Shown: piece after piece, positions 28,668 through 39,262 of the stretch
Position numbering within the stretch: the first letter of the stretch is position 1
Layout: each line of letters opens with the position of its first letter
DNA from: Candidatus Omnitrophota bacterium
GTDB taxonomy: Bacteria > Omnitrophota > Omnitrophia > Omnitrophales > Aquincolibacteriaceae
Reading direction: 5' to 3'
DNA length: 64,000 bases
Assembly (NCBI GenBank): GCA_022711115.1
Contig: JAKLFP010000005.1
Location: forward strand, 72,572-136,571
Translations under genes and position numbers: made by a program
Notes under the pieces: model-generated
Seen by the model: only the letters and a program-made list of their open reading frames with translations
Told to the model about the DNA's origin: nothing
Databases searched by the model: none

Positions 28668-29456
28668 ATGCTGATTACGATTATTGCGATGATCATTGCG
28701 TTAGGTTATTTTTTCTATCCGCCTAAATTCGCCTGGCTAAAACTAGCCCTGAAATACCTGATCGGTGTTTTTTGCGCTTGGGCGGCATTGTTGTTTGCCG
28801 TTCCGGTGGTGGAAGATAGGTTCGCTCATATGACCGGCTTGTTTATTCTTTTGCTTGCAGGGGGTCTGATATGTGCGGATATGCTTGGCTCGATAGGTTT
28901 GTGGTTTGTTGAGCGGGTGTGGGGTTTTTTAAAAAAATCACCCCAGCTTTCGGGATACTTAATGGAAATCTGGACGGCTCTGGAGCGGATGGCATCCCGC
29001 AAAGTCGGAGCCTTGATTATTCTTCAGCGCAAACAGCCTCTTCGTCCCTACATGAAAGGAGGCATGTCGTTTGACGCCGAAATCCGTTCGGAGATTCTTG
29101 TGCCGCTTTTTCTGACTTCTTCTCCTGTGCACGACGGTGCTTTGATAGTTCATAAAGGAAGGATTCAAACCGTAAAGGGTATTTTGCCATTGGCGTCACT
29201 TTCGAACCTTGCGCCGAATTTCGGGACGAGACACCGCGCGGCAATCGGGATTACTGAAAAAACAGATGCCATCGCGCTTGTAGCCTCAGAAGAGCGCGGG
29301 CAAATTAGCATCGCTTATCGCGGGTGTCTTGTTCATATCCGTGACCAAGAGGAATTCTTCAAAGCGATGCAATGGGTTCTAAAAGGAAGAAATATCCTGA
29401 AACTCAAGAACGCGAGATTTATCGTTACCACAAAGATCCTGAACGATTTAGCCTGA
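28668..29456 (+). CDS. cdaA: Diadenylate cyclase (c-di-AMP synthase), membrane-anchored CdaA type
   Basis: Three N-terminal TM helices plus a DAC domain (…HDGALIVHKGRIQTVKGILPL…GTRHRAAIGITEKTDAIALVASEERGQISIAYRG). Confidence 0.85.
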   Translation: MLITIIAMIIALGYFFYPPKFAWLKLALKYLIGVFCAWAALLFAVPVVEDRFAHMTGLFILLLAGGLICADMLGSIGLWFVERVWGFLKKSPQLSGYLMEIWTALERMASRKVGALIILQRKQPLRPYMKGGMSFDAEIRSEILVPLFLTSSPVHDGALIVHKGRIQTVKGILPLASLSNLAPNFGTRHRAAIGITEKTDAIALVASEERGQISIAYRGCLVHIRDQEEFFKAMQWVLKGRNILKLKNARFIVTTKILNDLA

Positions 29457-29504
29457 TCTTTTTTCTGGGCGGGATTTTGGGCGATTACTAGGCAGCCATG
29501 GAAG

Positions 29505-31001
29505 GTGGTTTTCTTGAACAAAAAATATATTCTTTCCATTGACCAAGGTACAACAGGATCTCGGGCTTTTCTTTTTGATGCAAGCGGTAAAGTGTTTGCC
29601 AGCGCTTACCAGGAATTCAAGCAATACTTTCCTAAACCGGGCTGGGTCGAACATGATGCCGAAGAGATTTGGCTCTCTTGTGTGGCCGTGATCCAAAAAG
29701 CAATTGTCAAAAGCAAGATCCATCCCGAAGAAATTGCCGCGATCGGGATTACCAACCAGCGTGAAACCACCGTGATTTGGGACCGCAAGACTTCCAAACC
29801 TGTTTATCATGCGATCGTTTGGCAATGCCGCCGCACCACACCGATTTGCGAAGATCCAGAATATAAAAAATTTGAGCCCCTACTCCGGGAAAAAACAGGG
29901 CTTGTCCTGGATCCTTATTTCTCAGGGACCAAGATCAAATGGCTCCTGGAGCATGTCCCCGGATTGCGACGTAAAGCCGATCGGGGAACTGTGGCTTTTG
30001 GCACGATCGATAGCTGGCTCATCTGGAAGTTAACCGGAGGGCAGTCGCATGTGACGGATTTCACAAATGCCTCCAGGACTTTGCTTCTCAATATCAAAAC
30101 GAAAAAGTGGGATCCTAAGCTTCTTCGGATCTTTGATATTCCGAAAAAAATTCTTCCAAAACTTCAGAAGTCCGGTTCCATTTTTGGAAGGACCATAGAT
30201 ATTAAAGGACTTCCGTCAGGAATTCCAATCGCGGCGGTTATGGGCGATCAACAGGCTGCGCTTTATGGCCAGGGGTGTTATGATTCAGGGACAAGCAAAA
30301 ACACTTACGGGACAGGCTGTTTTATGATGCTCAATACCGGCAAGAAACGGGTTTATTCGAAGCATGGGCTTCTCACGACGCTGGCGTGTGATTTTAGAGG
30401 CGAAGCGGTATATGCTTTGGAAGGGGCTGTGTTTATCGCCGGCGCGGTTGTCCAATGGCTGCGCGATGGATTGAAAGTGATCAAAAAGTCTTCGGACAGC
30501 GAGTTCGCAATTCGAGGTTTGAAAAATACAGGAGGGGTGTATGTTGTGCCTGCCTTTGTCGGACTTGGGGCCCCTTACTGGGCCAGCGAAGCACGTGGAC
30601 TTATTACCGGAATCACGCGTGGGACCACGTTGCAGCATATCATCCGGGCGAGTCTTGAAGCGATTGCTTACCAGAGTAAAGATGTTTTTGATGCGATGCG
30701 GAAAGAATTCGGTCACCATATACGGGAACTTAAAGTGGACGGCGGTGCGTGTAAAAATAATTTTCTCATGCAATTTCAGGCCGATGTCCTGGGAGCCGAA
30801 ATCATAAGACCTGCGGTGGTGGAACTGACGGCCCAAGGGGTGGCGCATCTTGCAGCGGTGACTATGAATTTGTGGGGATCTGCCACAGAAGTAAAAAAAA
30901 GATACAGGATCGATAAAGTCTTCCACCCGGCAATCAGCGTGAAAAAACGAGGTGAACTTTACAGGGGATGGCAAAAAGCGGTTCAGAGGGCCATGCTGTG
31001 A
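29505..31001 (+). CDS. glpK: Glycerol kinase
   Basis: ILSIDQGTTGSRAFLFD, FGTIDSWLIWKLTGG, GDQQAALYGQGC and the FGGY kinase fold. The start may be the TTG at 29514, which is preceded by GGAAGGTGG. Confidence 0.92.
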   Translation: MVFLNKKYILSIDQGTTGSRAFLFDASGKVFASAYQEFKQYFPKPGWVEHDAEEIWLSCVAVIQKAIVKSKIHPEEIAAIGITNQRETTVIWDRKTSKPVYHAIVWQCRRTTPICEDPEYKKFEPLLREKTGLVLDPYFSGTKIKWLLEHVPGLRRKADRGTVAFGTIDSWLIWKLTGGQSHVTDFTNASRTLLLNIKTKKWDPKLLRIFDIPKKILPKLQKSGSIFGRTIDIKGLPSGIPIAAVMGDQQAALYGQGCYDSGTSKNTYGTGCFMMLNTGKKRVYSKHGLLTTLACDFRGEAVYALEGAVFIAGAVVQWLRDGLKVIKKSSDSEFAIRGLKNTGGVYVVPAFVGLGAPYWASEARGLITGITRGTTLQHIIRASLEAIAYQSKDVFDAMRKEFGHHIRELKVDGGACKNNFLMQFQADVLGAEIIRPAVVELTAQGVAHLAAVTMNLWGSATEVKKRYRIDKVFHPAISVKKRGELYRGWQKAVQRAML

Positions 31002-32491
31002 TCCGGGATATCCTTCGTTTTAAAAAAAATCATTATGATCTTCTTGTGATCGGTGGCGGCATCAACGGAGCTGCGATCGCTCATTTGGCTGCCAAGCGTT
31101 ACAAGACGGTTGCTTTGCTGGAACAGGGCGATTTTGGAAGCGGCACTTCAAGTAAATCCACCAAGCTCATTCACGGTGGTATCCGCTATCTCGAAAATTT
31201 TGAGCTCGATCTTGTCTATGAATCTCTCCGCGAACGCTTTCTTCAGCTTCAGGTTGCACCGCATCTCGTGAAGCCTCTTGGGTTCGTGATTCCAGTTTAC
31301 AAGGGGAGCGGGCGGCCTCTTTGGATGATGCGATTTGGCGTATTTCTTTACGACCTCCTGGCCGGACCTTATAAAGTGCAACCGCACAAGAGTTTGACTG
31401 CAGAAGAAGTCTTGGAGCTTGAACCGGGAATCAAAAAAGCCGGGTTACAGGGCGGGGTCATTTACTATGACGCGCAAATGGATGATGCAAGACTTTGTCT
31501 GGAAAATGTCATGATGGCTGGGGAGTATGGAGCTCATGTAGCCAATTATGCAAAGGTTGTTTCCTTCCTGAAAGAAAATGGCAGGGTCGTGGGTGTGAGG
31601 GCGCATGACCTTCTTGGTATTCATGAATTCGAGGTGCGTGCCAAAAAAGTAGTTTGTGCAGCCGGTCCATGGACCAATGAACTGCTTCGGTTGGATGCTC
31701 CGCGGGCTCAGGAAAAGGTCCGCACCACCAAAGGGATCCATATCGTTTACAAAGGACAGATTTCCAACCATGCGCTCCTTTTGGGTTCGCAAAGCGATGG
31801 GCGGATCTTCTTTGTCATTCCATGGATGGGGAATTCGCTGATCGGGACTACGGACACGGATTACACCGGAAGCCCCGATAACGTCAAAGTGGAGAAAGAA
31901 GATATGGATTATTTGATCCATGAATCCAAACGTGTTTTCCCGGGCCTTGAATTTGACCGGGAAAAGATAGTAACAACCTTTGCGGGGTTGCGGCCGCTTA
32001 TTCGCAAAAAAGGTTCACCACACAAAGTTTCCCGGAAGCATCTTTTTTACCAGACACCGTCCGGACTTATCTCAGTAGTCGGAGGAAAGTATACGACTTA
32101 TCGTAAAGTGGCGGAAGATTGTATCCACAAGATTTGGGGGCCGCTTGAGGGTCAAAGTTTTAAAGTTTATGGAAGCGGCATGATTCAAGAGACCGCGGGG
32201 ACAGTGGCGGGCCGTTATGGTCTGGAAAAAGACGTTGTTCAGTCTCTGATGGATCTGTATGGAAGCCGGTATGGGGATGTTCTCAAACTGATTGAGAAAG
32301 ATCCGAGCCTCAAGGAAAAAATATCCGACCATCCCTCCGTCATCAAAGCCCAGCTTGTCTACAGCGTTCAAACTGAAATGGCGCGGACAGTAGAAGATGT
32401 TACAGAGAGGCGTCTTTCGCTTGTCTTCCGTGGTCCGGTGTCCGAATCCTGTCTGACGGCTATTTATACCACTATAGCCAGTTCTAAATAA
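30998..32491 (+). CDS. glpD: FAD-dependent glycerol-3-phosphate dehydrogenase
   Basis: YDLLVIGGGINGAAIAHLAAKRYKTVALLEQGDFGSGTSSKSTKLIHGGIRYLE. A GTG start overlaps the glpK stop (GTGA). An alternative ATG is at 30968. Confidence 0.88.
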   Translation: MIRDILRFKKNHYDLLVIGGGINGAAIAHLAAKRYKTVALLEQGDFGSGTSSKSTKLIHGGIRYLENFELDLVYESLRERFLQLQVAPHLVKPLGFVIPVYKGSGRPLWMMRFGVFLYDLLAGPYKVQPHKSLTAEEVLELEPGIKKAGLQGGVIYYDAQMDDARLCLENVMMAGEYGAHVANYAKVVSFLKENGRVVGVRAHDLLGIHEFEVRAKKVVCAAGPWTNELLRLDAPRAQEKVRTTKGIHIVYKGQISNHALLLGSQSDGRIFFVIPWMGNSLIGTTDTDYTGSPDNVKVEKEDMDYLIHESKRVFPGLEFDREKIVTTFAGLRPLIRKKGSPHKVSRKHLFYQTPSGLISVVGGKYTTYRKVAEDCIHKIWGPLEGQSFKVYGSGMIQETAGTVAGRYGLEKDVVQSLMDLYGSRYGDVLKLIEKDPSLKEKISDHPSVIKAQLVYSVQTEMARTVEDVTERRLSLVFRGPVSESCLTAIYTTIASSK

Positions 32492-33277
32492 ATGATGCTG
32501 ATCGACGCGCACATACACCTGCAGGCCATTCAAGATCTCAAAACACGTACGACGCTTCTAGATCAAATAGCGAAAGTTCACGTCGAAAAATTGATATGCA
32601 ATGGTATTCAGCCAGAAGACTGGAGCGGGGTGGATGAAATTGCGCAAGGGAATGAACGGGTTCTTCCTTTTTTCGGCGTGCATCCCTGGTATGCCGATAA
32701 AGTTGTTTCGGGTTGGGATGCGGTGCTTGAGCATTTCTTAAAAAAAACAGAGGCCGGAATCGGGGAAGTCGGTCTTGATAAATTGAGAACAGAAATCGAC
32801 TGGAGGAAACAAATCGAAGTTTTTCAGCGGCAGCTTCAAATCGCGAAAGAACTTTCAAAACCTTTGGCGATTCATTGTGTGCGCGCATGGGGCGATTTGC
32901 TTCTTCTTTTGAAACAACATCTTTCTTCCGGAATGAGATTTATGACCCACTCTTATCGCGGCTCACTTGAGGTCATGCGAGAACTTTTGGATCTTGGGGC
33001 TTATATTTCTTTTTCATGGAAAAGTTTTCAGCATCAAACAGGTACTGTGAACGACCTTATTAAGGAAGTACCTTTGGAACGACTACTTCTAGAAACGGAT
33101 TTTCCGTATATAGAGCCCCATAAAATAGGAACGGACATCAGTGTTGAAAGATATTTTGAATGTCTTCGCGGGACCTATGCTCTTGCGGCGCGTGCGAAGG
33201 GAATGAACGAAACAGAATTAGAAAAGGCGGTTTGGGAAAATGGGCAGGCTTTTTTGCATCGAACTACTGCTCGGTAA
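32492..33277 (+). CDS. TatD-family metal-dependent hydrolase
   Basis: MLIDAHIHLQ…, ...IGEVGLD…, HCVRAW and TIM-barrel metal-ligand pattern. Confidence 0.85.
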   Translation: MMLIDAHIHLQAIQDLKTRTTLLDQIAKVHVEKLICNGIQPEDWSGVDEIAQGNERVLPFFGVHPWYADKVVSGWDAVLEHFLKKTEAGIGEVGLDKLRTEIDWRKQIEVFQRQLQIAKELSKPLAIHCVRAWGDLLLLLKQHLSSGMRFMTHSYRGSLEVMRELLDLGAYISFSWKSFQHQTGTVNDLIKEVPLERLLLETDFPYIEPHKIGTDISVERYFECLRGTYALAARAKGMNETELEKAVWENGQAFLHRTTAR

Positions 33278-33998
33278 AGAAAAGGTCGAGCGGCTGAAAA
33301 AATCTTTCGTGGTCGTTATTGGAATCGGTGCGGTAGGAAGTTACGCGACCGAGGCCTTGGCGCGCAGCGGTGTCGGTCGTCTACGGCTCATTGATTTTGA
33401 TGTGATCAAGGAGACCAACTTTAACCGTCACATCCTCGCGATCGAGTCCAATTTGGGTAAACTGAAGGCAAAGGCGGCTCAGGAACGTATTTTACAAATT
33501 AATCCGCATTGCAAGGTTGAAGCTCTCGCCGAATTCGCAGCTGAAGAAACCATGGAACAGCTTCTCAGCGGAAATCCGGATCTTGTGGTCGATGCCGTAG
33601 ATTCCGTAAATCCCAAAACCTATATCCTCGCATTTTGCCATCAAAAAAAGATCCCGATTATCTCCTCAATGGGGGCCGCACTTCGGACTGATATTTTTAG
33701 CATCAAAGCCGGTGATCTTTTCAAGACGCACGGTTGCCCGCTTGCCAAGCAGATGCGTTCGCGTCTTCGACGGCGGGGAATCAAAAAAGGGATTTTCTGT
33801 ATTTATTCCGATGATCCGGTGTCACTGGAAATTCGGGAAAATCTCAAGGCGCGGAAGCTTTTAAATGAGGAAGAAAATTATGACCGCGGTCGCAAGCGCC
33901 AGAAACTCGGCAGCCTACCGACCGTGACTGCAGCTTTCGGCCTTGCGCTTGCCCACCACGCTATCCGCTATCTTACCGGAGATCTGAAGCTTTCATGA
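33240..33998 (+). CDS. tcdA: tRNA threonylcarbamoyladenosine dehydratase (ThiF/E1-like)
   Basis: VVVIGIGAVGSYATEALARSGVGRLRLIDFDVIKETNFNRH and E1-like Rossmann fold. Overlaps the end of tatD by 38 nt at the annotated start. Confidence 0.8.
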   Translation: MGRLFCIELLLGKEKVERLKKSFVVVIGIGAVGSYATEALARSGVGRLRLIDFDVIKETNFNRHILAIESNLGKLKAKAAQERILQINPHCKVEALAEFAAEETMEQLLSGNPDLVVDAVDSVNPKTYILAFCHQKKIPIISSMGAALRTDIFSIKAGDLFKTHGCPLAKQMRSRLRRRGIKKGIFCIYSDDPVSLEIRENLKARKLLNEEENYDRGRKRQKLGSLPTVTAAFGLALAHHAIRYLTGDLKLS

Positions 33999-34078
33999 CA
34001 AACCAGCTTATTTCTTCTATAATAAAATAGATCTCAGTATTTTTTTTCATAATGATTCTTCTTTGAAGGAGTATATTC

Positions 34079-34906
34079 ATGAGTCCATCTGAAAATTCAA
34101 CGCCTAAAAATCCAACTTCGCATCTCCATGCTCTCAATCTGATAGTTGCCCTTCTGGCCGGAGTTGTTTCGATCACCGGCGGAATCTTTACCCTTAAGAC
34201 CAACCTTTTTTCTTCCCAGCAGTATGGAAGTCTTCAAGGAACCGTTCGGGATGAAAAAATTGCCAAACCTTTATTGCTTACCGCGGTCGAAGTTTCAGGA
34301 ACGGATGGGGCCGTAGTGAATACGGTTAATACGGATGAGAATGGTCAGTATCGGATCGAAGCTGTTAAGACAGGAAATTATGTTATTAAATTTATTGCCC
34401 CACGCCATGTGGTTCAGACAAAAACTGTGAAAATCGAAAAAGATTTAACGTCTACCGTGAACGTGGATCTCGTTCCTGAAGAGCAGCCTTCAGTGAGACT
34501 TCCCTTGGAAACGGTCCCGCAGAATGCCAGGTCGGTTTATTCTTCCGGGGCATTTCAGAATCCTGCTCCCACAACTTCGAGTATGATTCAGCAAGGATCC
34601 GGAACTGTTGCAACCTCTGCGGTGTCTAATATTTATATGCCGGCGCAGAAAAATATGCTTAACCAGCAGACAACATCTTCCATGCATTCTCAATCATATG
34701 GACAAGAGACGGAAAGGTCCGGTTTCCCCGAACCGCCGCCTCCGCCAAGGGTTTTTTCTCACCGCGGGCGGCACAGCGCTTATGATGGCTTAGAGGATAA
34801 TTCTTCAAACGCTTCCCAGAGTCAGGGGAGTGCCTTGGCTGAAGTTGGAATGCAACTGCTTCAAAATTATATGGTCAAAAAAGGTGAAAATAATTCCTCG
34901 TCGTAA
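34079..34906 (+). CDS. Membrane-anchored protein with a CarboxypepD_reg-like beta-sandwich domain and a Q/S/P-rich disordered tail (hypothetical)
   Basis: Signal-anchor ALNLIVALLAGVVSITGGIF, then GSLQGTVRDE…NGQYRIEAVKTGNYVIKFIAPRH (CarboxypepD_reg-like). The tail is low complexity (…PEPPPPPRVF…). Confidence 0.55.
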   Translation: MSPSENSTPKNPTSHLHALNLIVALLAGVVSITGGIFTLKTNLFSSQQYGSLQGTVRDEKIAKPLLLTAVEVSGTDGAVVNTVNTDENGQYRIEAVKTGNYVIKFIAPRHVVQTKTVKIEKDLTSTVNVDLVPEEQPSVRLPLETVPQNARSVYSSGAFQNPAPTTSSMIQQGSGTVATSAVSNIYMPAQKNMLNQQTTSSMHSQSYGQETERSGFPEPPPPPRVFSHRGRHSAYDGLEDNSSNASQSQGSALAEVGMQLLQNYMVKKGENNSSS

Positions 34907-34934
34907 TAAGTTTATCCAAAAGAGTTTTTTAAAG

Positions 34935-36260
34935 ATGAAACACTTGGGGCAATTCCTTTTTCTGATAATCGGCATTGGTGTTTCAGGCTGTTTGACTGTG
35001 GAGTTGCCCAAAGTCCAAATCGACAAGGGAACAGAATCAAAATCGCTAACATGGCCATTTCTTGTACGCCAATCGCTTGCCTATAATCCGGATCTCCAGG
35101 AGGCCCGGTCCCTTGTAAGTTCCAGTGCTCGGAGCCGCGACATCGCTTTTGGAGATTATTTACCCTCAGTCGAGGGAGGACTTCAAAAAACTGTGGCGCG
35201 AACAACCAACACAAGCTCCACCGCAGATACTCTAGGCCTGAATCTGAGTGCGCGGCAGTCGCTTTTTGACGGCTTTGGCACAACGGGAGAATGGATGAAG
35301 GCACGGAAAAATCTCGAAGCCGTACAGCTTGCCTATATCGAAACAAGCGCGGATGTGAGGTACCAACTGCGGTCTGCTTATATTAACGTGATCCGGTTTC
35401 AAAGACTTTTTCAAACGAATCAGTTGATTTATCAGAGACGGAAACAAAATGCGGAGCTGGTTCGCTTGCGCTATGAGGCGGGACGCGAGAATGTCGGATC
35501 CGCATTGCGGGCGGAAGCCATTGCGGAACAGGCTGCCTTTGACGTCCGGCAGACCGGAAGACTTTTGGAAAGCGAAGCATTGCGCCTTGCGCGTGAAAGT
35601 GGTGGGGAATTTGTGATTCCGATCCGCATCGAGGATGATCTAGAAAAAATGCTGGGAGAGGTTCGGTTGGCTGAGGCGGATTATGTGGTTTTGGCCGAAC
35701 GAACGCCGACGGTTTTGCGGATCGTCAAGACTGCCGAAGCGGCCAAAGCGGCTGTTCTTTCAGCGCAATCCGATGTCTGGCCGCAAGTGAATGGTACTTA
35801 TGATTATGGCTATACAGGCGACCGGGCCGAACATTTACGGGATAAAAGTTCGCTGGGGCTTAGCGTCACGGTTCCTTTTTTTGAAGGCGGAAAGAATGTG
35901 GCTGCGATCCGAAAGGCGAAATCCGATTATGATGCCGCCAAGAAAGCGGCCCAAAGCGCCCGTGATGAAGCGATTGCAGCGCTTGCGGCTGCCTGGGTTC
36001 CATATAAAGACGCAATCGAGTCCGTGGAGGTTAAAAAGAAATTTCTTGATGCGGCACAAAAACGTGCCGAAATTATTCGTGCGGAATACACAACCGGACT
36101 TGTGAATTTTACGGATTTTGATGCGGCTGAGCAGGAAAATGCGAACGCTGAAAAAGAATATGTCGAAAGTCTTGCGAGGGTTTTTACGCAGAAAGCCAAC
36201 TGGGAAAAGACGCAAGGTGCTACTTTGGAGGATGCTTATGATGAAATTCAAAACCAATAA
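34935..36260 (+). CDS. TolC-family outer-membrane efflux lipoprotein
   Basis: Lipoprotein signal MKHLGQFLFLIIGIGVSGC (lipobox VSGC). OEP repeats. The ORF track starts 35 codons earlier at 34830. Confidence 0.85.
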   Translation: MKHLGQFLFLIIGIGVSGCLTVELPKVQIDKGTESKSLTWPFLVRQSLAYNPDLQEARSLVSSSARSRDIAFGDYLPSVEGGLQKTVARTTNTSSTADTLGLNLSARQSLFDGFGTTGEWMKARKNLEAVQLAYIETSADVRYQLRSAYINVIRFQRLFQTNQLIYQRRKQNAELVRLRYEAGRENVGSALRAEAIAEQAAFDVRQTGRLLESEALRLARESGGEFVIPIRIEDDLEKMLGEVRLAEADYVVLAERTPTVLRIVKTAEAAKAAVLSAQSDVWPQVNGTYDYGYTGDRAEHLRDKSSLGLSVTVPFFEGGKNVAAIRKAKSDYDAAKKAAQSARDEAIAALAAAWVPYKDAIESVEVKKKFLDAAQKRAEIIRAEYTTGLVNFTDFDAAEQENANAEKEYVESLARVFTQKANWEKTQGATLEDAYDEIQNQ

Positions 36261-37248
36261 ACTGTCGCATTGGGCGAAAATGGGGTTGGTGTTTGTCGCC
36301 CTAGTGGGCTTGATAAAGATTTTTTCCTCGTGTGAGGTTGCGGACCGTAATTTCCAGATCGTCCGCACCGTAAAGGTCTCAAGTGGCGATTTATCCGCCA
36401 AAGTCGATGCGACAGGGACCGTCAAACCCTATAATCGTGTTGAAATCAAGGCGCCGATCGCAGGCCGCATCGATGAAGTGCTGGTTCGCGAAGGAGAGGA
36501 GGTCAAGAAAGGACAGGTGTTGGCGCGGATGAGTTCTACGGAACGGGCTGTGCTGCTTGATGCCGCGCGTTCCCAAGGGGAGGATGTGGTCCGGCGATGG
36601 GAAGAGGCTTATAAGTCCGCGCCGCTTCTTGCGCCCCTGGATGGAACGATTATTGTTCGCTCCGTGGAACCCGGACAGACAGTGACCACGGCCGATCCCG
36701 TGATTGTGCTTTCTGACAGGTTGATTGTTGAAGCCTTGGTGGATGAAACCGATCTTGCATTGATCAAGCTTGGTCAATCTGTTGAAATTACGTTGGACGC
36801 GTATCGCGAAGAAATCATCCCTGGCAAAGTGGATCATATTTCATTTGAAAGCACGCTTGAAAATAACGTAAACGTCTACGCGGTCGATGTGGCTCCAAGG
36901 GAAGTGCGTGCATCTTTTCGAAGCGGGATGACCGCGAATGTCACGTTTATTGTCACGGACCGGAAAAACGTCCTGCTGGTTCCGTCCGAGGCTGTTGTGA
37001 CGTGGCCCCCCAATAAACCCAATCCTCAAAATGCGGATTTTGCTGTCTATAAAAAAACTTTCAGAGGAAATCTAGAACCCATAGCCATTAAACCAGGCGC
37101 AAGCGATGGAGGGATGACCGAAATTACAGAGGGGCTGACGGAAGGTCAGGAAATTGTGGTGGTTCGAAAAAAAGAAAAGGAAAAAACCGCCAACCTTTTT
37201 GGTCCTCCCAGGCTTTCCAGAAAAAACGCCCCGGCAAAATCCTCATGA
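36238..37248 (+). CDS. Efflux transporter periplasmic adaptor subunit (HlyD/MacA family)
   Basis: N-terminal TM anchor, lipoyl/beta-barrel MFP domains (…VKPYNRVEIKAPIAGRIDEVLVREGEEVKKGQVLARM…). GGAGG lies 6 nt upstream of ATG 36238. Overlaps the tolC end; ATGA-coupled to the downstream MacB gene. Confidence 0.82.
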   Translation: MMKFKTNKLSHWAKMGLVFVALVGLIKIFSSCEVADRNFQIVRTVKVSSGDLSAKVDATGTVKPYNRVEIKAPIAGRIDEVLVREGEEVKKGQVLARMSSTERAVLLDAARSQGEDVVRRWEEAYKSAPLLAPLDGTIIVRSVEPGQTVTTADPVIVLSDRLIVEALVDETDLALIKLGQSVEITLDAYREEIIPGKVDHISFESTLENNVNVYAVDVAPREVRASFRSGMTANVTFIVTDRKNVLLVPSEAVVTWPPNKPNPQNADFAVYKKTFRGNLEPIAIKPGASDGGMTEITEGLTEGQEIVVVRKKEKEKTANLFGPPRLSRKNAPAKSS

Positions 37249-39206
37249 AATTGCTTGAAGCGGAGCATATATCGAAGACCTACAAAATCGGGGAAGTCGA
37301 AGTCCGGGCGCTTCAAGATGTTTCTCTTGTCATTGAAAAAGGGGAATTTGTTGCCATTATGGGACCTTCCGGTTCCGGAAAATCGACGCTAATGCATCTT
37401 CTCGGATTTCTCGACACTCCGGATTCCGGAAATTTTTGTTTGATAGGAAAAGACACCTCAGGATTACGGGAAGAAGAATACGCTTTTCTTCGCAATCGCG
37501 TCATCGGTTTTGTTTTTCAGCAATTTAATCTCATGACTCGTTCCACGGCCCTTGAAAATGTTTGTCTCCCGCTTCTTTATTCCGATGGTCGGATCGGGGA
37601 TATTTCCCGTTCCCGTGAAATGCTTGAGAACGTGGGACTCGGCGCTCGAATGGAACACCGCCCGAATGAACTTTCCGGCGGGCAACAGCAGCGCGTAGCG
37701 ATTGCCAGAGCGTTGGTCAACCGGCCGCTGATGATCCTTGCGGATGAACCTACCGGGAATCTGGATTCAAAATCAGGGGCAGAGATTCTCAGAATTTTTA
37801 AGAGCCTCCATGAACAAGGAATGACCATTGTCCTTGTAACACATTCCGAGGAGGTGGGCGCAGCGGCTGAGCGAATCATCCGCATGCACGATGGCCGGAT
37901 CGTGAGCGATGAAAGGCAAGGCCAACAAAGAAAACAGGATTCAAAAGAAAATGGTATTGTTGATCTCTGGCGGGAAGCACCCAAAAAAAAATATAATATT
38001 GAAGAATTCCAGGAACACTTCAAACAGGCAAGCCGGGTGATTCTAACCAACAAGTTAAGGTCTTTTCTTTCCATGCTGGGGGTGCTGATCGGAGTGGCTT
38101 GTGTGATTACCATGCTGGCCCTTGGTCGTGGAGCCGGCGAATCAATCAAAGAGGATCTTTCCCGGATGGGATCCAATCTTCTGGTGGTGAGGCCAGGATC
38201 AACCAAAGTTCATGGGGCAAGCGTTGAAGCGGCAACAAGATTGACGCATGAAGATGCCAAGGCCATAGGAAAAATCCCGTTAGTGAAACGAGTAGCATCG
38301 CAAGTGACGGGACAGGGACAACTCATTTTTAGAGATAAAAACTGGAATACCCGAATCATTGGATCGACACCAGAGTATGCCCCAATGAAAAATCAGGAAC
38401 CCGTGGCCGGCCGTTTTTTTACCGCTGAAGAGAATCAAAACCGTCGACGGGTTGCTTTAATTGGTCAGACAGTCCAGCGGTCTTTGTTTGGTGAAGAGGA
38501 TCCTATCGGAAAAACATTCAAAATCAATCGCGTCAGCTTTCAAGTGATCGGGATTCTGCCTTCCTTGGGGGCCAGCCCGTTTCATGACCAGGATGACGTG
38601 GTAGTGATACCCCTTATGACCGCGATGAAGCGGCTTTTGGGGAAGGATTATCTTGATGAAATTGACGCGGAAATAAGCGAATTAAGCCAGATGCCGGCCG
38701 CACAGAAGGCGATCAATGATCTGATCATCCAGCGGCATCGCCTGACTCCCGAGCGTTATGAAAGCTTCAATATCCGCAACTTTGCGGATATTCAGGAGGC
38801 TCTCCAAAATACGACAAGGACTTTCGGGATCCTATTGGGAAGTGTTGCGGCGATTTCACTCATAGTCGGAGGAATCGGCATCATGAATATTATGTTAGTT
38901 TCGGTGAAAGAAAGGACGCGTGAGATCGGTCTCAGGAAAGCCCTTGGTGCGACGCCTCGTGATATCCTGATGCAATTCCTTGTGGAGGCCGTCATGATTA
39001 CGTTTCTTGGAGGACTGACGGGGATCATGCTTGCCGTCGGCGTGTCTTGGCTGATTTCCGCTTTGGCACGCTGGAAAATGGTGATTACGCTAGGTTCCTT
39101 GTTTCTGGCTTTTTGTTTTTCCGCATCCGTGGGCATTGTTTTCGGTCTTTGGCCGGCCCAACAAGCTGCCCGTCTGGATCCGATCCGGGCGTTGCGATAC
39201 GAATAA
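37245..39206 (+). CDS. macB: MacB-type ABC transporter: fused ATPase and FtsX-like permease
   Basis: Walker [10 protein letters not shown], signature [15 protein letters not shown], Walker [13 protein letters not shown]-terminal 4-TM FtsX domain with a large periplasmic loop. Confidence 0.9.
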   Translation: MKLLEAEHISKTYKIGEVEVRALQDVSLVIEKGEFVAIMGPSGSGKSTLMHLLGFLDTPDSGNFCLIGKDTSGLREEEYAFLRNRVIGFVFQQFNLMTRSTALENVCLPLLYSDGRIGDISRSREMLENVGLGARMEHRPNELSGGQQQRVAIARALVNRPLMILADEPTGNLDSKSGAEILRIFKSLHEQGMTIVLVTHSEEVGAAAERIIRMHDGRIVSDERQGQQRKQDSKENGIVDLWREAPKKKYNIEEFQEHFKQASRVILTNKLRSFLSMLGVLIGVACVITMLALGRGAGESIKEDLSRMGSNLLVVRPGSTKVHGASVEAATRLTHEDAKAIGKIPLVKRVASQVTGQGQLIFRDKNWNTRIIGSTPEYAPMKNQEPVAGRFFTAEENQNRRRVALIGQTVQRSLFGEEDPIGKTFKINRVSFQVIGILPSLGASPFHDQDDVVVIPLMTAMKRLLGKDYLDEIDAEISELSQMPAAQKAINDLIIQRHRLTPERYESFNIRNFADIQEALQNTTRTFGILLGSVAAISLIVGGIGIMNIMLVSVKERTREIGLRKALGATPRDILMQFLVEAVMITFLGGLTGIMLAVGVSWLISALARWKMVITLGSLFLAFCFSASVGIVFGLWPAQQAARLDPIRALRYE

Positions 39207-39262
39207 CTTTGTTTATGGGTTTTCCGTTCACTTTGCTTTCTTTCCAGAGAAAATTTAAAATC

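Noticed and set aside
35835-36425. 196-aa and 90-aa minus-strand ORFs
   Set aside because: Antisense to the tolC/MFP junction. No RBS, low-complexity translation.
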